Assembly: GCA_965220955.1 (NCBI GenBank)
Contig: CBDCRK010000039.1
Location: forward strand, 4,694 to 68,693
DNA length: 64,000 nt
Reading direction: 5' to 3'
DNA from: an uncultured Candidatus Binatia bacterium
Lineage (GTDB): Bacteria; Desulfobacterota; Binatia; Bin18; CBDCRK01
A model generated the notes under the pieces. That model saw only the letters and a program-made list of their open reading frames with translations, searched no databases and was not told the DNA's origin. Position 1 is the stretch's first letter; every line of letters starts with the position of its first letter. A program made the translations under genes and the position numbers. Positions 60,775 to 64,000 of the stretch are shown here, piece by piece.

Positions 60775-61782
60775 ATGAGGGGGGGGATTCATTCTGTTTT
60801 TGTCCTTAGCCTGCTCTCTTTGGGCTCTTTCGGTGTGATCGCTCCTCCTCCCGTTGTCCAGGCCGCACAGTCTCAAGAGGACGGTCACTCTCACTCGACG
60901 CTCGAAGTAGCCGGTGTGACGGTCGAGGCTAGCTTTGCTCCCGGTGCCCTCGATTTACCAAGAGCCAAGGTGCTGGACTGGGTTACAACCTCGGCCCGGG
61001 CCGTTGCCCACTACTATGGGCGGTTCCCCGTACCTCACCTGCGCCTGCAGCTGACCCCCATAGGCGGCAAGGGTGTCCGTTTTGGCAGAACTTTCGGTGG
61101 TCGCCAGCCACTCATCAAAGTCTCACTCGGACAGTTCACAACGGAAGCCGATCTGCACAAGGACTGGGTCATGACGCATGAGATGGTGCATTTGGCCTTT
61201 CCATATATGCCCAGAACCCATCATTGGATTGAAGAAGGGATAGCTACATATGTCGAACCCCTGGCTCGTTTGGGGATTGGTCAGTTAAGTGCCGAGGAAG
61301 TCTGGCGCGAGTTGGTGGATGGTCTACCCCAGGGCTTGCCCAAACCCGGAGATAAAGGGCTTGATCACACGCCGACCTGGGGACGAACCTATTGGGGAGG
61401 GGCACTCTTCTGTCTACTGGCCGATATCGAAATCCGCCAACAGACGGCAAATCAGCACGGGTTACAGGATGCGCTCAGAGCCATTCTGGCAGCGGGCGGT
61501 AGTATGCAGACAAGCTGGCCTCTGCAGCATGCCCTTGAGGTCGGGGATGAGGCGACTGGTGTCCCGGTCTTAACGGAACTGTACAACCGGCTGAAGGCAA
61601 CACCGGTTGAAGTCGATCTGGCCAAGCTATGGCAGCGTCTGGGCATCGAAGTCCATGGCAAGACCGTCATCTTTGATAATAAGGCCCCATTGGCCTCTGT
61701 GAGACAGACCATTACCAACCCCCAGACAAGAAAGTCTTTTAGGAGGGATGCTGCAGTGCTACTCCGTTCACCACTCCATTGA
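60775..61782 (+). CDS. Secreted gluzincin-type zinc metallopeptidase (M61-like)
   Basis: Signal peptide; HEMVH followed by WIEEGIATY. Confidence 0.75.
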   Translation: MRGGIHSVFVLSLLSLGSFGVIAPPPVVQAAQSQEDGHSHSTLEVAGVTVEASFAPGALDLPRAKVLDWVTTSARAVAHYYGRFPVPHLRLQLTPIGGKGVRFGRTFGGRQPLIKVSLGQFTTEADLHKDWVMTHEMVHLAFPYMPRTHHWIEEGIATYVEPLARLGIGQLSAEEVWRELVDGLPQGLPKPGDKGLDHTPTWGRTYWGGALFCLLADIEIRQQTANQHGLQDALRAILAAGGSMQTSWPLQHALEVGDEATGVPVLTELYNRLKATPVEVDLAKLWQRLGIEVHGKTVIFDNKAPLASVRQTITNPQTRKSFRRDAAVLLRSPLH

Positions 61783-61868
61783 GCACAGCTGGAAAGCCGG
61801 CGGTTTGCTTGTCACTCAGAGGTAAAGGGTATAAAGGAGAAACAGTTACTGGCCACACAGGGGGAAAA

Positions 61869-62273
61869 ATGATTACAGGAAGCTGCCACTGTCAAACTGT
61901 GCGATTCGAAATATCCGATGAAATCCGAGGTTTCATGCACTGCCATTGCCAGACATGTCGGAAAATCCACGGAACCGTTTATGGGTCCAGTGCACTTGTT
62001 CCCAAGGAAGGATTCAAGCTTGTTGTTGGCGAGGACTCAATAACCGCCTATGAATCCTCACCTGGCAAAAAACGCTATTTCTGCTCTTGCTGCGGTTCCC
62101 ATGTATACGCTCATTCAGAAGCTAATCCTGATTATATGATTTTACGCCTAGGGACTCTCGACAGTGATCCCGGAGTTCGTGCCCAAGCTCATATTTGGCT
62201 TAGCCATAAAGCAGCTTGGTATGATATCCTGGATTCATTACCCCGCTTCGAACGGAATCCTGACCGACGATGA
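61869..62273 (+). CDS. GFA family protein
   Basis: GSCHC, CHCQTCRK, FCSCCGS, GTLD. Confidence 0.92.
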   Translation: MITGSCHCQTVRFEISDEIRGFMHCHCQTCRKIHGTVYGSSALVPKEGFKLVVGEDSITAYESSPGKKRYFCSCCGSHVYAHSEANPDYMILRLGTLDSDPGVRAQAHIWLSHKAAWYDILDSLPRFERNPDRR

Positions 62274-62294
62274 GCTACCTTCTAAAGGAGAAAA

Positions 62295-62738
62295 ATGAAA
62301 GATATTCTCAAGAGGCTGGTACGCATTGCCCACGCTTATGGCCCGTATAGCGAAGACTTTCTGGCCAAAGACCGTTGGCAAAGCCGGTTGGCAAATTACT
62401 GGCAAGACCGTCCTCGTAGGAACAGAGGCTCATCCTCGGATACCTCTGCAGGAAATAAGCATTCGAGTTATACCAGAAGCCGAAAGTCTTCTGCTGGTGA
62501 TGCCGGTGACAATTTCTATCCAGGAATACCTCCACAAGTGGTTGAGGATCTTGCCGTATTTGGCTTAGCCCCGCCCTCATCCTTGGCCGAGGTCCGCAAA
62601 GTACGTAACCAGGAAATAAAGAAATACCATTCTGATAAGTTCATTCATGATCCGGAAAAGTTTACAACCTCAAAGGAAATTATGCAGATTTATAATGCCG
62701 CCTATGATCGTCTAAGCGAATATTATAACAAAAAGTAA
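62295..62738 (+). CDS. Protein with C-terminal J-like domain
   Basis: FGL..SSLAEVRK...KKYHSDK...MQIYNAAYDRL; HPD replaced by HSD; AAGGAG RBS. Confidence 0.7.
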   Translation: MKDILKRLVRIAHAYGPYSEDFLAKDRWQSRLANYWQDRPRRNRGSSSDTSAGNKHSSYTRSRKSSAGDAGDNFYPGIPPQVVEDLAVFGLAPPSSLAEVRKVRNQEIKKYHSDKFIHDPEKFTTSKEIMQIYNAAYDRLSEYYNKK

Positions 62739-62779
62739 TCTGGTAACGGCTCACTTAAGAAGGGTAAGAGGAGAATGCT

Positions 62780-63658
62780 ATGACAGTTACGTTCACAAAA
62801 CTCACCCAGACATTCGCCGCGGAGGTTCACGGTGTCGATATTGCCGCTGGGGTCAGTGACAAGGATATGATTGAAATCGTCCATTTGTTCAACACCTACT
62901 CGGTACTTGTATTCCATAATCAGCACATCAACAATGAACAACAAATTCGCTTCAGCGGTAGATTCTCTGAATTGGGAAACTTCGGTGGGCTGGAAAAAAC
63001 GGTCTTGTCGAACGCTGGGGCGGGCTCAGCGATTGCGGACATCTCCAACGTTGATCAAGAAACAAACGAGATCATTTCACCAACTGACAAGCGCATGATC
63101 TTCAACTCTGGTAATGAGATGTGGCACACTGACAGTTCGTTCAAACGGGTACCAGCAACGGCTTCACTACTGTCTGGCCGTGAGGTTTCCCCAGTAGGTG
63201 GTGAAACTGAGTTTGCCACTCAGCGGGCAGCTTATGCCGATTTACCTGAAGAGATGAGACAGCGCATTGAGAATCTTGTGGCGATCCACGACTTTGCCTA
63301 TTCACGGGGTTTGATCGACCCAACGCTGATAAGTGAAGTACAAAAACGTGAAACCCCGCCCGTGCCACACGCGGTTGTACGAACCAACCCGGCCAATGGT
63401 TGTAAGAGTTTCTTCGCGGGTTCTCACGCTTCGTATATTCGTGGCATGGCAGTTGAGGAAGGCCGTGCTCTGCTAAGGGAATTGACCGCCTTGGCAGCGC
63501 AACCGCAGTATGTTTATACGCACAAGTGGCGTCCTCAGGATTTGGTGATATGGGACAATCGCTGCTGCCTGCACCGAGGCCGGACGTGGGATAAGGCCAA
63601 GTATCGGCGTGTAATGAATAGGACAACTGTGGCCGGAATTGGCCCTACAGCGGAGTGA
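62780..63658 (+). CDS. TauD/TfdA family dioxygenase (TfdA-like)
   Basis: DISN, WHTDSSF, GGETEFA, WDNRCCLHRG. Confidence 0.92.
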   Translation: MTVTFTKLTQTFAAEVHGVDIAAGVSDKDMIEIVHLFNTYSVLVFHNQHINNEQQIRFSGRFSELGNFGGLEKTVLSNAGAGSAIADISNVDQETNEIISPTDKRMIFNSGNEMWHTDSSFKRVPATASLLSGREVSPVGGETEFATQRAAYADLPEEMRQRIENLVAIHDFAYSRGLIDPTLISEVQKRETPPVPHAVVRTNPANGCKSFFAGSHASYIRGMAVEEGRALLRELTALAAQPQYVYTHKWRPQDLVIWDNRCCLHRGRTWDKAKYRRVMNRTTVAGIGPTAE

Positions 63659-63743
63659 GATAGGTGCTCGCGGCCAAGCCCACGTTGATCACGCCACTAT
63701 ACTCTTTCTTGCCAACGCTTCCCAGCTTTTTACTCTGTTGCAT

Positions 63744-64000
63744 TTATGCGAGCGCCGCCAAGGTAATCTCGATGTTGTGCATCTGCGTTTCGCACTCCGC
63801 CAGCCGATCGCGCTCTTTTTGCACTACGTCCGGGCTAGCTTTCCTGAGAAAGTCCTCATTTTCTAGCTTCTGACGCGATCCGGTCATACGTTTGAGAAGC
63901 TGCTCACGCTGCTTGGTCAACCGCGCCCGCTCCTTGCTGGGATCGATCACTCCGGGGATATAGACTTCAACCGGTCCCACCACGGCGGTGGCAGCATCGG
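63744..64000 (-). CDS. valS: Valine--tRNA ligase, C-terminal coiled-coil arm (partial; runs off the window end)
   Basis: VYIPGVIDPSKERARL...KLENEDFLRKASPDVVQKERDRL. Confidence 0.85.
   Translation of the reverse strand, partial: DAATAVVGPVEVYIPGVIDPSKERARLTKQREQLLKRMTGSRQKLENEDFLRKASPDVVQKERDRLAECETQMHNIEITLAALA

Overview
64-kb window from a diderm (Gram-negative) bacterium. (i) 1-6.8 kb: the tail of a zinc-finger gene, REP-like palindromes, a type III restriction Res subunit with no Mod gene in view, two outer-membrane beta-barrels and a nicotinamide phosphoribosyltransferase. (ii) 7-21.4 kb: intact housekeeping block (SDR, LMW phosphatase, CoA-binding, Nudix, cstA; purH-purD-purE-tsaC-DUF1015-DUF309-Smr-beta-propeller; divergent thiS-thiG-thiE) ending in tRNA-Thr(CGT). 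(iii) 21.6-57 kb: an integrase-free mosaic in which intact cargo genes (toxin-antitoxin pairs, an ABC-type ATPase/DUF4276 pair, a CBS-HEPN protein, P450, MaoC, Amt, BVMO, TauD, astA plus amidinotransferase, one IS4) alternate with more than 20 truncated or frameshifted gene pieces. (iv) 57.3-64 kb: RidA, 2-aminophenol 1,6-dioxygenase amnBA, several singletons and the 3' end of valS. Best leads: the ATPase/DUF4276 pair bracketed by two diverged copies of an argS-like 5' end, the stand-alone CBS-HEPN protein, the astA-amidinotransferase operon, and palindromic micro-elements at gene breakpoints. All family calls come from motif recognition by eye; no searches were run.
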